This document shows, piece after piece, positions 50,208 through 62,003 of a stretch of DNA of 64,000 nt. The notes under the pieces are model-generated. The model ran no database searches, was not told the DNA's origin, and saw nothing but the letters and a program-made list of their open reading frames with translations. Each line of letters starts with the position of its first letter. Position 1 is the stretch's first letter. Origin of the DNA: Lentisphaeria bacterium (GTDB lineage: Bacteria; Verrucomicrobiota; Lentisphaeria; JABSQK01; JAWLHB01); assembly GCA_041690595.1 (NCBI GenBank), contig JAWLHB010000020.1:62001-126000 (forward strand), given 5' to 3'. The translations under genes and the position numbers were made by a program.

Positions 50208-50300
50208 GGACAATGGAGCAAGGGGTGAAGGCGACTCGGAGGCACTTGGGGTAATGTGCGTCCTTCGGTCGTATTTTCAACAGGCCGTCGCGAATAGCCA

Positions 50301-50344
50301 GCGACTGGCACCGGAGCCCGCACCATGACTCCGGTACCTGTCGC
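50301..50344 (-). terminator. Hairpin downstream of gdhA
   Basis: GCGACTGGCACCGGAG / CTCCGGTACCTGTCGC inverted repeat (14/16); weak U tail. Confidence 0.45.
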
Positions 50345-50357
50345 CGCTCTGCCCGCC

Positions 50358-51788
<1,431 letters not shown>

Positions 51789-51817
51789 TCAATCGTCCAT
51801 TCTGGACTAAGCTTGCC

Positions 51818-51845
51818 AATATAAATGGCTATGCTTTTCCGTCAA
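51818..51845 (-). promoter_or_regulatory. Putative sigma70 promoter of gdhA
   Basis: Minus strand TTGACG-N16-TATATT. Confidence 0.4.
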
Positions 51846-52010
51846 GCCTTTTGCTATATTTTTTTCACTACATGGTGGCAAGGTTATTTGCGCATGGTAT
51901 CTTTTTATAATGGCAGCGTTGCCGTTTTGAGGGCGGAAGGCGAGAGGGGGATCAAGCGACCGAGCCTGCCACTGCCCACGGGGGTAAACAAAATCGAGCG
52001 GAGAGTTCCG

Positions 52011-53027
52011 GTGTCACTTCTCGAAGAAAAACCGAAGATGCTCATTCTGAGTGTCATGCGCGACTCGGATGAGCTGGTCGGGAGCAATGATATTGCCAAG
52101 GCTCTGGAAGCACATGGCTACAACATCAGTTCGCGAACCGTGCGTCTATATCTGCAGGAAATGGAAGACGAGGGGCTGGTCGAAGAGGCGAAGCGAGGGC
52201 GCAGCGGCGGCCGGCGCATTACCACCCATGGCCGACAGGAGATCGACGACAGCCTGATCTTCGACCGCATCGGCATGACCGCCGCCAAGGTCGACGCCAT
52301 GGCATGGCGAATGCGCTTCGATCATCGGCGGCGGCAGGGACAGATCGTCCTCAATCTCACGATCCTGCATGCCGAGCACTTCGCCAGGGGGGCGGCGGAA
52401 ATGGTCCCGGTTTTCGAGAAAGGGCTCGGCATGGGGCGATACGTGGCGGTGATCCGGCCCGGCGAGAAGGTGGGGCATGCGCAGGTGCCGGAAGGCTGCG
52501 TCGGCCTGGGAACGATCTGCAGTGTGACTGTCAACGGGGTCTTCCTGAATGAGCGGGTTCCCATCGTCTCGCGCTTTGGCGGCGTTCTCGAGATGCACGA
52601 AGGGACGCCGGCACGCTTCACCGACGTGATCTACTATGAAGGCACCTCCATGGATCCGCTCGAGGTCTTCATCAAGGCCGGTTTGACCAGCGTCCGGCAG
52701 ATTCTCTCTCACGGGCATGGCCGTATCGGCGCGAGCTTTCGCGAGGTGCCCACCTGTGCGCTGGCAGCGGTCGAACGCCTGCGCGAGGAGTTGCGTGAGG
52801 TCGGTCTCGACGGCATCCTCATGCTGGGCAAGCCCAACCAGCCTCTGCTCGGCTTTTCCGTCCAGGAAGGTCGCACCGGCATGATCGTGACGGGGGGACT
52901 GAATCCCGCGGCAGCCATTCACGAGGCTGGCATTCCCACCCAGAATACCGCGCTGAGTTGCCTCTACGACTTCAACCAGTTGATCCCCTATTCGGACCTC
53001 GAACGCATCGGCCAGGAGTTCCAATGA
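52011..53027 (+). CDS. nrpR: NrpR-family (DUF128) nitrogen regulator: wHTH plus one NRD domain
   Basis: IL......GS..IA..L...G....RTVR.YL; T.CSVT.NG; Y.GTS.DPLEVFI; ASFRE; GGLNP.AA..E. GTG start after GGAGAG. Confidence 0.85.
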   Translation: MSLLEEKPKMLILSVMRDSDELVGSNDIAKALEAHGYNISSRTVRLYLQEMEDEGLVEEAKRGRSGGRRITTHGRQEIDDSLIFDRIGMTAAKVDAMAWRMRFDHRRRQGQIVLNLTILHAEHFARGAAEMVPVFEKGLGMGRYVAVIRPGEKVGHAQVPEGCVGLGTICSVTVNGVFLNERVPIVSRFGGVLEMHEGTPARFTDVIYYEGTSMDPLEVFIKAGLTSVRQILSHGHGRIGASFREVPTCALAAVERLREELREVGLDGILMLGKPNQPLLGFSVQEGRTGMIVTGGLNPAAAIHEAGIPTQNTALSCLYDFNQLIPYSDLERIGQEFQ

Positions 53028-55642
53028 GCAGCGAGCTCTTCCGCAGCACCGGTATTGCCGGGCTCGACCAGGTCATCCAGGGACTGCGCCTTGGCGATAA
53101 TGTCGTCATGCAGGTCGAGCAGATCGAGGACGCACAGCCCTTTATCGAACCCTTTGTCCGGGAGGCTTTGGAGCATGGGATTCCCATCATCTACTTCCGC
53201 TTTGCCTTGCACATGGAGCCGCTCGTCGATGACGAACACGTGGAGGTGGTTCAGCTGAACCCCGAGTTGGGATTCGAGCGCTTTGTGACCACCATCCTCG
53301 ACCTGGCCGAAGCCAGAGGCGTGGGGGTATACTACGTTTTCGATTCCCTCTCGGAGCTGGCTGTCGACTGGTGCAGCGACCAGATGCTCGCGAACTTCTT
53401 CATGATTGTCTGTCCGGCGCTCTACCGCCTGGACACGATCGCCTACTTTGCCATGATCCGCAACCGCCACATGCAGCGGACCGTCGAGAACATCAGCCGC
53501 ACGGCGCAGGTGATTCTGGACGTCTATCGGAACAAGGAGCAGCTGTACGTGCAGCCGCTCAAGGTGCAGGATCGCTATTCCCCCACCATGTTCATGCTCC
53601 ACAGCTGGGCGACCCGCGAGCTCATCCCCGTCACCAACAGTGCCACTCTGACGGAGATCATGGCCAATCTTCCCCACAGTTGGCTGGAGTTCTCTCTGCA
53701 TCGCCCGGGCGTCTGGCGGCGTACCGTCATGCATGCCCAGGAGACGCTTGCCGACCTCAACAGCGGCAAGCTCACCCCGCGGGAAGCCGAGGATTGCTTC
53801 ATGCGTCTGGTCCGCATGGCCATCACCCGCGATGAACGCTACATCCAGCTTGTCAGCCGCTATTTCACCCTGGCCGATCTGATGCGCATCCTCACCCGCA
53901 TGATCGGCAGCGGACTGATCGGCGGCAAGGCACTGGGCATGCTCCTGGCCCGCGCCATGCTTGTCCGCACCGATTCCCGCTGGAATGATTTCCTCGAAGT
54001 ACACGATTCCTTTTTCATCGGCTCCGACGTCTTCTACACCTACATCGTGCAGAGCGGCTGTTGGTGGTCCCGCCGGGTGCGACACGACCCCGAAGCGCTC
54101 TTCGACCGTATCGAAGAAGGGCAGCATTGCCTGCTCAAGGGTGAGTTCCCGCAGTATCTGGTCAATCAGTTCAAGGAGATGCTCAACTATTTCGGTCAGT
54201 CGCCGATCATCGTCCGCTCCAGCAGCATCCTCGAGGACAATTTCGGTAACGCCTTCTCGGGCAAGTACGAGAGCGTCTTCTGCCCGAATCAGGGGCCGCT
54301 TTCGGCGCGGCTGGAGCAGTTCATGGATGCGGTACGCCGCATCTATGCGAGCGCCCTCAGCCAGGAGGCGCTGGCCTATCGCGATCATCGCGGTCTGCTC
54401 GAGCAGGACGAACAGATGGCGTTGCTCGTTCAGCGCGTCTCCGGCACCGTCTATGACAAGATCTTCTTTCCTCACGTGGCCGGCGTGGGCTATTCCTTCA
54501 ATCCCTATGTGTGGGACAAGCAGATCGACCCGAAAGCGGGCTTGCTGCGCATTGTCTGCGGCCTCGGCACCCGCGCCGTCGATCGCATCGAGGACGACTA
54601 TACCCGCCTGGTGGCACTCAATGCTCCCGACCGGCGCGTCGAGACTTCGCAGGAGCAGGCGCGCCAGTATTCCCAGCAGCAGGTCGATGTTCTGGATCTC
54701 GATACCAATTGCCTGCGGAGCATCCCCTTCCAGCAGATCGTCGAGAGCGCGGATGGACTGCCACTGGAGATGCTGGCAGTGCGCGATCAGGAGCTGCTCA
54801 AGCGCGCCGCCCAGCAGAAGATGAAGAACGTCTTCCCCTGGGTACTCACCTTCGACGGTCTCATCCAGCAGACCTCCTTTGTCCCGCGCATCCGTCAGAT
54901 GATGCAGCAGCTCGAAAAGGCCTACAACTATCCGGTCGACATCGAGTTCACGGTCAATTTCGTGGAGGGGCAGCGCTTCCGCCTCAACCTGCTGCAGTGT
55001 CGCCCTTTCCAAGTGCGCAGCGAGAGCGGCGAGACGATTCCGTTGCCAGGCGAGACGCTGAAGGCGGAAGATGTGATTCTCTCCACGACGGGTCCAGTGA
55101 TCGGCCAGAGCCGCAGCATCCCCATCGACCACATCATCCACGTTGTCCCCTCCGTTTATGCGCGCCTGCCGAACAGCAAACGCTTTGCGCTGGCACGGCT
55201 CATCGGCAGATTGACGCAGGTAGAGGCGATGAGCCAGCGCATCCTGCTCATTGGGCCGGGCCGGTGGGGAACCACCACACCAGCATTCGGCGTGCCGGTA
55301 ACCTTCCAGGAGATCCGGCGCGTTGCCGTCATCTGCGAAGTGGCCGTCATGCACGAAGGGCTGATTCCGGACATTTCGCTGGGCACCCATTTCTTCAATG
55401 ACCTTGTCGAGCTGGACATGCTGTACACGGCAGTCTTTCCCGAGAAGGAGGGGCATCAGGTCAATCAGTCGCTTCTTCTCAGTCTTCCCAATCGACTGAC
55501 GGAGATGCTGCCGGCTGCGGAAAACTGGCAGGATGCTCTCCGCCTGGTCAATGCCGCGGATCTCAGCCCTCGAAGCATCCGCATGTATGCCGATTCCGTT
55601 GAACAGAGGGTGATATGCTTCGTGCAGGAACGCTCTTCATAG
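53024..55642 (+). CDS. PEP/pyruvate-binding (PEP-synthase N-terminal ATP-grasp-like) protein with degenerate N-terminal RecA/KaiC-like domain
   Basis: STGIAGLD, VFDSLS; IGGKALG, IVRSSSILED..FSGKYES, GLGTRAV, PVDIEF, LLQCRP; C-terminal GPGRWG, GTHFF; ATGA-coupled to nrpR. Confidence 0.85.
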   Translation: MSSELFRSTGIAGLDQVIQGLRLGDNVVMQVEQIEDAQPFIEPFVREALEHGIPIIYFRFALHMEPLVDDEHVEVVQLNPELGFERFVTTILDLAEARGVGVYYVFDSLSELAVDWCSDQMLANFFMIVCPALYRLDTIAYFAMIRNRHMQRTVENISRTAQVILDVYRNKEQLYVQPLKVQDRYSPTMFMLHSWATRELIPVTNSATLTEIMANLPHSWLEFSLHRPGVWRRTVMHAQETLADLNSGKLTPREAEDCFMRLVRMAITRDERYIQLVSRYFTLADLMRILTRMIGSGLIGGKALGMLLARAMLVRTDSRWNDFLEVHDSFFIGSDVFYTYIVQSGCWWSRRVRHDPEALFDRIEEGQHCLLKGEFPQYLVNQFKEMLNYFGQSPIIVRSSSILEDNFGNAFSGKYESVFCPNQGPLSARLEQFMDAVRRIYASALSQEALAYRDHRGLLEQDEQMALLVQRVSGTVYDKIFFPHVAGVGYSFNPYVWDKQIDPKAGLLRIVCGLGTRAVDRIEDDYTRLVALNAPDRRVETSQEQARQYSQQQVDVLDLDTNCLRSIPFQQIVESADGLPLEMLAVRDQELLKRAAQQKMKNVFPWVLTFDGLIQQTSFVPRIRQMMQQLEKAYNYPVDIEFTVNFVEGQRFRLNLLQCRPFQVRSESGETIPLPGETLKAEDVILSTTGPVIGQSRSIPIDHIIHVVPSVYARLPNSKRFALARLIGRLTQVEAMSQRILLIGPGRWGTTTPAFGVPVTFQEIRRVAVICEVAVMHEGLIPDISLGTHFFNDLVELDMLYTAVFPEKEGHQVNQSLLLSLPNRLTEMLPAAENWQDALRLVNAADLSPRSIRMYADSVEQRVICFVQERSS

Positions 55643-55715
55643 TATCTTTATGGTGTAGGACGGTCTATTGTAATAGATCCTGATTCACCAGCCTAAAGAG
55701 CAGCTAACCGATCGC

Positions 55716-57215
55716 ATGAGCCACGCCAAGCACCTTGCCCGCAATCCCTTCGACAAGCCATTCACCGCTACCTTTACCTGTGATGCCGCGGGCATTGTTC
55801 TCGACTGTAACCTTGCCCTGAACCGCTTGCTGGGGGAACCCGATGCCCATGCGCTCAATCTCGTCGAGCACGTGCAGACGCGGGAGATGGCCCAGCTTGT
55901 CCTTCGTCGTGCCCGGCAGTTGGGAAAGGTTGAACACCAGTATCTTCGCCTGAAGTCGACGCATGGCGAAGAGCGCCTGGTTCTCGCCAATATTGCCTGG
56001 ATCGAGGATCCGACGACGCCCCATTTCAAGGGCGAACTGCTGGACATGACCGAGTATCACCAGGTGCGCCAGGAGTTGGCCAACGCCCAGCGTCTCGGGG
56101 CTGTCGGCCAGCTTACCTCCGCGGTCGCTCATGATTTCAACAACGTCCTCTCCATCATCATGGGGTATGCCGATATTCTGCTGGCGGAAGCCGGTGATCG
56201 GGAGGATCTGCGCGGGCTGGTCGCGGAAGTGGAGCATGCGGCAAGGCGAGGCGCCGAGCTGAGCCGCCAGCTGCTTGCCTTCAACCGCAAGCTCGTCGGT
56301 TATCCGCGCGTGCTCGACCTGAATCTCCTGCTGCGCAATTTTGAGAAGATGCTGGTGCGGGTGATCGGTGAGACGATTCAATGGGAAAGCCACTATGACG
56401 AGAGGGTGGGGAACGTCATGGCCGATGACGGGCAACTGGAGCAGGTCATCCTCAACCTCATCCTCAACGCACGCGATGCCGTCGAAGATGGCGGCAGGAT
56501 CATCCTCCGCACCGAGATCGTGGAAGCCAATGCGCCCATGGTCGGCATTGACCGCACCCTGCCCGCGGGCAGCTATGCCACGATCGCCGTCAGCGACAAT
56601 GGCCAGGGGCTGCATCCCGACGTCAAGGAGCAGATCTTCAAGCCCTTTTTCACCACCAAGGGGCCGGAGCGCGGTACTGGTCTTGGGCTGGCCACCTGTC
56701 GTACGCTGGTGCGGCAGTGGGATGGCATGGTCACCGTCGAATCCGAACCGGGAGAGGGGGCTACCTTCAAGGTCTTCCTCCCGCGGACACAGCTGGCGCC
56801 CGAACATGCGCAGCCTGCCTTGACCGCTGAATCCGTGAGGCGGCGGGATGCCACGATTCTGGTGGTCGAGGATGAGGCCAATGTCCTCGAGGTGATTACC
56901 CAGGTCCTGCGGCGGGCCGGTTATCGTGTCCATGGCGCCGCGGGGGCGGCGGCCGCCAGAGAGCTGATTGCCGGTCTTGACGAAGCTGTTCACCTGCTTC
57001 TGGCGGATGTCGTGCTGCCGGACGGCAATGGACCTGAGCTTGCGGCTGAGCTGACCGAGACGTATCCGCGCCTGCAGGTCCTTTTCACCTCCGGCTATTC
57101 GCAGAGCGCCACCGAGCGCTATGGCATTCAGCGGGATTCCCGGAACTTCCTGCCGAAGCCGTTCACGGTCAATCAACTGACCGCCAAGGTCGAGCAGACG
57201 TTGGAACTCGCCTGA
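55716..57215 (+). CDS. PAS-HisKA-HATPase-REC hybrid kinase (CckA-like architecture)
   Basis: VAHDFNNVL, QVILNLILNARDA, PFFTTK..GTGLGLA, receiver with DVVLP and FLPKPF. Confidence 0.93.
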   Translation: MSHAKHLARNPFDKPFTATFTCDAAGIVLDCNLALNRLLGEPDAHALNLVEHVQTREMAQLVLRRARQLGKVEHQYLRLKSTHGEERLVLANIAWIEDPTTPHFKGELLDMTEYHQVRQELANAQRLGAVGQLTSAVAHDFNNVLSIIMGYADILLAEAGDREDLRGLVAEVEHAARRGAELSRQLLAFNRKLVGYPRVLDLNLLLRNFEKMLVRVIGETIQWESHYDERVGNVMADDGQLEQVILNLILNARDAVEDGGRIILRTEIVEANAPMVGIDRTLPAGSYATIAVSDNGQGLHPDVKEQIFKPFFTTKGPERGTGLGLATCRTLVRQWDGMVTVESEPGEGATFKVFLPRTQLAPEHAQPALTAESVRRRDATILVVEDEANVLEVITQVLRRAGYRVHGAAGAAAARELIAGLDEAVHLLLADVVLPDGNGPELAAELTETYPRLQVLFTSGYSQSATERYGIQRDSRNFLPKPFTVNQLTAKVEQTLELA

Positions 57216-57376
57216 TAGCCGCCTCATCTTTCTTCCCCGGCCGGAGCCACTCAGCGCGGCGATCTGCTTTGCATTCGCCCCCGCCAAGAGTATCTTGTGG
57301 CGAATCACGCCGGCATTTCCGGCATCTTCGAGTTGATCTGGTATGCATGAAATTGAGTCTACACCGTTGATTATAC

Positions 57377-58198
57377 ATGGGTGCGATTGCTTCAAAACAT
57401 CTGTCGACGCGGGACTACGACTGCCTCTATGATTCCGCCAGACTGGCCGATGACGAGGTGCGGCAGCTTCTCTGCAGCGGCCTTGACGGCATCCTCGGCG
57501 AAGCGAAGCAGCACCACGAAAGCCCCTCTCTCCGGGCTTATCGCGTGCAGCTGTATGAAGGGCCATGCTTCCTCCGCCGGCTGTCGGTGCACAGGCTGGG
57601 CAACTGCATGCGGGAAACGCTCCTGCAGCCCACCTGCTTTCGCATCTTCAAGAATGCCGTGCGCCTTCTCAACCAACACCTTCCTACACCGGCGCCCCTG
57701 CTGGCCGCTGTGCTGCGGGGCGACGATCGTCGCGAACAGATCTTGGTCACCGACTTCTGCCCCGACGCCGAGCCGCTCGATGCCGTCGTGCGCAAGGCAA
57801 GGAGTGAGAGCCGAGACCTCATCATCCCGGAGTTGGCCCGGTTGCTGTGCGATTTTCATGCCGCCGGATTTTCCTGCCGCAATCTGCAGGCACACGATAT
57901 CCTGGTGGAGACGGTTGACGGCAAGCGCCGCTACTGGCTGACCGATGTGCGCCAGTTGCGCCACAGGCGATTGCAGTCCCGCCAGGCCTACATCCGGACT
58001 GTGCGGGATGCCTGCCGGGAGTTGTATGAGCATCTGCCGCGGCAAGAGCGCCGATTCCTTCTGGTCAGTTGCTTCGATTACGCGCTCAAGAGAAACATCT
58101 TTTCTGAACCCAGTCAGGAGAGGCACTTTGTGGAGGCGGTGATGGCGGGGTTGCGTGAGCCGCTCCAGCGCGGCTTTTTTCTCCGTTGGAATTGGTAA
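57377..58198 (+). CDS. Kdo/WaaP-like LPS kinase-fold protein with degenerate catalytic loop
   Basis: LPTPAPL, LVTD, LARLLCDFHAAGF.CRNLQAHDILV, WLTD pattern. Confidence 0.6.
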   Translation: MGAIASKHLSTRDYDCLYDSARLADDEVRQLLCSGLDGILGEAKQHHESPSLRAYRVQLYEGPCFLRRLSVHRLGNCMRETLLQPTCFRIFKNAVRLLNQHLPTPAPLLAAVLRGDDRREQILVTDFCPDAEPLDAVVRKARSESRDLIIPELARLLCDFHAAGFSCRNLQAHDILVETVDGKRRYWLTDVRQLRHRRLQSRQAYIRTVRDACRELYEHLPRQERRFLLVSCFDYALKRNIFSEPSQERHFVEAVMAGLREPLQRGFFLRWNW

Positions 58199-58284
58199 AG
58201 CTGCCGCCCTCATGTACATTGAACATTTCTTTTGGGGTCTGGCTGTCAGCCCCTGCACGACCATTACCCGGAGATGCTCTTCTG

Positions 58285-58623
58285 ATGCTTCAATCGATCC
58301 CTACTTTCATGGCTCAGGCGCCCGGCGGCGGCGGCAGCGGCATGACTGGAATGCTCTTCCTTTTTATTGGTATGATCGTCTTCCTGTATGTCTTCAGCTT
58401 TCGCCCGCAGCAGAAGAAGCAGAAGCTCCACCAGGAGATGCTGCGCAAGCTCAAGGCTGGGGACAAGGTAATCACCACTGGCGGCATCTATGGAACCATC
58501 GTCGGCGTCAAAGACAAGAGTTTCGTCGTCAAGGTCGCGGACAACGTCAAGATCGAGGTCAGCCGGAGCAGTGTAGCGCTGCAGGTAGACGGTGACGAGG
58601 CTGTCGAAGAGGCGAAGAAATAG
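58285..58623 (+). CDS. yajC: Preprotein translocase subunit YajC
   Basis: FRPQQKKQK..LKAGDKVITTGGIYGTI; directly upstream of secDF. Confidence 0.93.
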   Translation: MLQSIPTFMAQAPGGGGSGMTGMLFLFIGMIVFLYVFSFRPQQKKQKLHQEMLRKLKAGDKVITTGGIYGTIVGVKDKSFVVKVADNVKIEVSRSSVALQVDGDEAVEEAKK

Positions 58624-58715
58624 TCGGCGCGGCCTGACGGCTGTTGCCGCTCCGCAACGAGCAGAAGAAAGCGTAATTTTTACAACGACTCACGTATAGA
58701 AGGTGCAGGCATATT

Positions 58716-61283
58716 ATGGGCAAGTTGACATGGCGCTGGATTGTAATCCTACTGGTGATTTTCGGCTGGTCAATCTCCTTGTGGCCTCCCACTGACCGCG
58801 ATTTTCTCCAGACGATGGAGACGCAGGCGAAGAAGGAAGGGCAGAAGCCCGACGCCAAGTTCGAGGAGATCATCAATCGGGCACGCGTCATCATGTCCGA
58901 GAATTCCAGCATTTCGCCGATGAAAGCTGTGGCGAACGCCGCAGACGAGCTGCACATCGAGCTGAGCAACTACATACCGATTTACGGCCGGGACATGCCG
59001 AGCAATCAGGAGGTGCTGCAGTATGTCCGCCGCCTGAGCCGGGGCAAGCTTCGTCTGGGACTTGACCTGAGCGGCGGTACCGAGTTCGTCGTCGCCTTCA
59101 GCGAGGACGATATGCCCGAAGATCGCTCGGTCGGTGATATTCAGGACCAGCTCATGGAGATTATCCGTAATCGTGTCGACAAGAGCGGCGTACTGGAGCC
59201 GGAGATCGTCCCCTACGGCCCCACCGGCATCTCCGTCAAGATTCCAACGATCGACGAAGACGATACGAACAAGTTCAAGGAGCTGCTCACCCGGGCGGCC
59301 GTGCTCGAGTTCCGCATGGTGCATCCCGAGAGCGGCGACTTTGAGCAGCTCGAGCGGGAACGGCAGCAGGAAGATCCCGATTACGTCCATCAGGTGCTGG
59401 GCTATGAGCGCAAGGTTCATGAGTACGACATGAAGGGGCAGTCCCGCCGTGAAGTTTTATGGCTGAGCACGGAAGAACAGAAGCTGAGTGGCCAGAACAT
59501 CACCGACGCTCATCCCACCGCGGGCGAATTCGGCCAGTTGCAGATTGCCTTCACCCTCGATACGGAAGGGGCCATCGCCTTTGGTGAACTGACCGGCGCG
59601 AATGTCGGGCAGCGGATGGCTATCGTGCTTGACGGCACCGTTTACAGTGCCCCCAACATCAATGACCGAATTGGTGGCGGGCGCGGCGTCATCACTGGCA
59701 GCTTCACGCAGGATGAAGCCTCGCAGTTGGCCATCGTCCTCAAGAGCGGCAACCTGCCCGTGCAGACCCGGCTTGAAGGTGTCAACATGACGGCGCCGAC
59801 GCTGGGTATCGAGTCCATCCGCAGTGGCGCGATGGCCGCCGTTGTCGGTATTATCCTCGTCATTCTCTTTATGGTCACCTATTATTTCCGTTCTGGCGTC
59901 ATTGCCACGATCGCGCTGGTGCTCAACATGCTCATCGTGATGGGGACGCTGCCAATTCTGGACGCCACCATCACCCTGCCAGGCCTTGCGGGTATCGTCC
60001 TGACGATTGGTATGGCGGTGGACGCCAACGTCCTCATCTTCGAGCGTATTCGAGAAGAGCTGAAGACCGGCAAGTCCATCCAGAACGCGATCAGCCGCGG
60101 CTACAGTTCCGCCTTCTCCACCATTCTGGATGCGAACCTGACGACCCTCTTCACCGCCTTCATTCTGGTGAAGTTCGGTTCCGGCCCGATCAAGGGCTTC
60201 GGTGTGACCTTGAGCATCGGTATCATCGCCAGCATGTTCACCGCGCTCTTCGTTACCCGCACCATCTACGACACGCTGCTCAAGTACGACCTGATTCACA
60301 AGCTGCGCATGATGCAGTTCCTGGAACCCGGCCATGTCCGCTTCTTCGACTATCGCAAGCTGGCTTACCTGGTCTCCGCCGGCTTCATCCTCCTGGCCTT
60401 GATAACCATCGTCGTCCGCGGCGGTAGCGCGTTGAGCGTCGATTTCCGCGGTGGCACGGCTATCAGTTTCCAGTACGAGGAAACCGTATCCAACCAGCAG
60501 ATTGCAAAGACGCTCGAACAGAATGAGCAGTTGGGGGTGCGCGACGTCCGGGTGAACTATAAGAGTTCGACCCTCAAGGAAGGGCGCCTGATGGAAGTGG
60601 TCGTCACCAAGCAGTTCAGCGACGAAGTCGATCCAGGCACCCTGATTGCCGGCATCATCAATGCGGCGCATCCGGAGATGAAAGCCAGGGTTGCGTCGGT
60701 GGAACTGGTGGGTGCGATGGTCGGCTCTCAGTTCACCTGGAGCGCCATCAAGGCGGTCATTCTGGCTTTGATCATGATCATCATCTACATTGCCATCCGT
60801 TTCGAGTTCAGCTATGCTATTGGCGCCGTGGTCTGTCTGGCGCACGACGTGATCATCGGCTTGGGAATCTACCTGATGTGGGGCTTCGGCGATCGGCAGA
60901 TTTCGCTGACCGTCATTGCCGCCATCCTCACGATCATCGGCTATTCGCTCAACGATACCATTGTGGTCTTTGACCGAATCCGGGAGAATGTGGGGCTGTT
61001 GCGTAAGACCAACTTCGCCGAGATCTGCTCCATCAGCATCAACCAGACGCTCAGCCGTACGATCCTCACCTCGTTGACCACCTTGCTCGTTGTCGTTATC
61101 CTCTACCTCTTTGGTGGTGGTGCGATCAATGACTTCTCCCTGATCATGATGGTGGGTATCGTCGTCGGTACCTATTCGTCAATCTTCGTAGCTACACCGG
61201 TGATGATATATATCCAGACTCGTGTCATGCACAAGAAGAGCTTGCTTGCGGAAGGTGCGAGCACCAGCAAGACACCGGCATAG
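58716..61283 (+). CDS. secDF: Fused protein translocase subunit SecDF
   Basis: LGLDLSGG, IGMAVDANVLIFERIREE, DANLTT, DFRGG, GYSLNDTIVVFDRIRE, GTYSSIF. Confidence 0.97.
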   Translation: MGKLTWRWIVILLVIFGWSISLWPPTDRDFLQTMETQAKKEGQKPDAKFEEIINRARVIMSENSSISPMKAVANAADELHIELSNYIPIYGRDMPSNQEVLQYVRRLSRGKLRLGLDLSGGTEFVVAFSEDDMPEDRSVGDIQDQLMEIIRNRVDKSGVLEPEIVPYGPTGISVKIPTIDEDDTNKFKELLTRAAVLEFRMVHPESGDFEQLERERQQEDPDYVHQVLGYERKVHEYDMKGQSRREVLWLSTEEQKLSGQNITDAHPTAGEFGQLQIAFTLDTEGAIAFGELTGANVGQRMAIVLDGTVYSAPNINDRIGGGRGVITGSFTQDEASQLAIVLKSGNLPVQTRLEGVNMTAPTLGIESIRSGAMAAVVGIILVILFMVTYYFRSGVIATIALVLNMLIVMGTLPILDATITLPGLAGIVLTIGMAVDANVLIFERIREELKTGKSIQNAISRGYSSAFSTILDANLTTLFTAFILVKFGSGPIKGFGVTLSIGIIASMFTALFVTRTIYDTLLKYDLIHKLRMMQFLEPGHVRFFDYRKLAYLVSAGFILLALITIVVRGGSALSVDFRGGTAISFQYEETVSNQQIAKTLEQNEQLGVRDVRVNYKSSTLKEGRLMEVVVTKQFSDEVDPGTLIAGIINAAHPEMKARVASVELVGAMVGSQFTWSAIKAVILALIMIIIYIAIRFEFSYAIGAVVCLAHDVIIGLGIYLMWGFGDRQISLTVIAAILTIIGYSLNDTIVVFDRIRENVGLLRKTNFAEICSISINQTLSRTILTSLTTLLVVVILYLFGGGAINDFSLIMMVGIVVGTYSSIFVATPVMIYIQTRVMHKKSLLAEGASTSKTPA

Positions 61284-61292
61284 CGGCGTTAC

Positions 61293-62003
61293 GTGGACAC
61301 TTCTCCGCCAAGGCAGGGGGTCGGCAAGATGTTCGACCGCATTGCCGGTCGCTATGATTTGCTGAATCACCTGTTGTCCGCGGGTCAGGATTGGGTGTGG
61401 CGCAGGCGGCTTGCCGGCGCCATGCGTCGCGGCGCTGCCGTGCGGGTCCTCGATCTGGCGACCGGAACCGGCGATCAGCTTCTGGCGCTCGACAGGCGAC
61501 TCGACCTCGAATTGGGGATCGGCATCGACATCTCCTGGGGGATGCTTCACCTGGGCCACCGCAAGCTGCGCGACAGGAAGGTCCACGACCACCTGCACAT
61601 GGTCCATGGCGATGCGTTGGCCCTGCCGCTTCCGGATCACGTTGTCGATGCGGTTACCATCAGCTTCGGCATTCGCAACGTCAGCGACATGGATCTTGCC
61701 CTGCGTGAGATGCACCGTGTCTTGAAACCCGGCGGTCAAGTGTATATTCTGGAATTCGGGTTGCCCGATAATCGGCTGCTGCGTCGTCTCTACCTTTTTT
61801 ATTTCCGTCACCTTCTGCCACATCTCGGGGGCTTGCTTTCCGGGGATATCAAAGCGTATCAGTACTTGAACAAGACGGTGGAGACCTTTCCCTACGGTTC
61901 TGACTTTGGCGCCCATCTGGAACGGGCCGGTTTCACCGCTGTCTCGGCACGCCCCATGACCTTCGGCGTTGCATATCTGTATACAGGTACACGTAACTCC
62001 TGA
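61293..62003 (+). CDS. menG: Demethylmenaquinone methyltransferase (MenG/UbiE)
   Basis: MFDRIA.RYDLLN.LLS.G.D..WR, LDLATGTGD, ISFGIRNV, RVLKPGG. Confidence 0.92.
   Translation: MDTSPPRQGVGKMFDRIAGRYDLLNHLLSAGQDWVWRRRLAGAMRRGAAVRVLDLATGTGDQLLALDRRLDLELGIGIDISWGMLHLGHRKLRDRKVHDHLHMVHGDALALPLPDHVVDAVTISFGIRNVSDMDLALREMHRVLKPGGQVYILEFGLPDNRLLRRLYLFYFRHLLPHLGGLLSGDIKAYQYLNKTVETFPYGSDFGAHLERAGFTAVSARPMTFGVAYLYTGTRNS

Noticed and set aside
51876..51891. sigma54 promoter TGGCAAGGTTATTTGC upstream of nrpR
   Set aside because: GG-to-GC spacing is 11 nt, not the required 10.
57273..57306. Hairpin ATTCGCC..CAAGA-GTA-TCTTG..GGCGAAT
   Set aside because: Imperfect, no U tail and overlapping a possible promoter; too little evidence to call.
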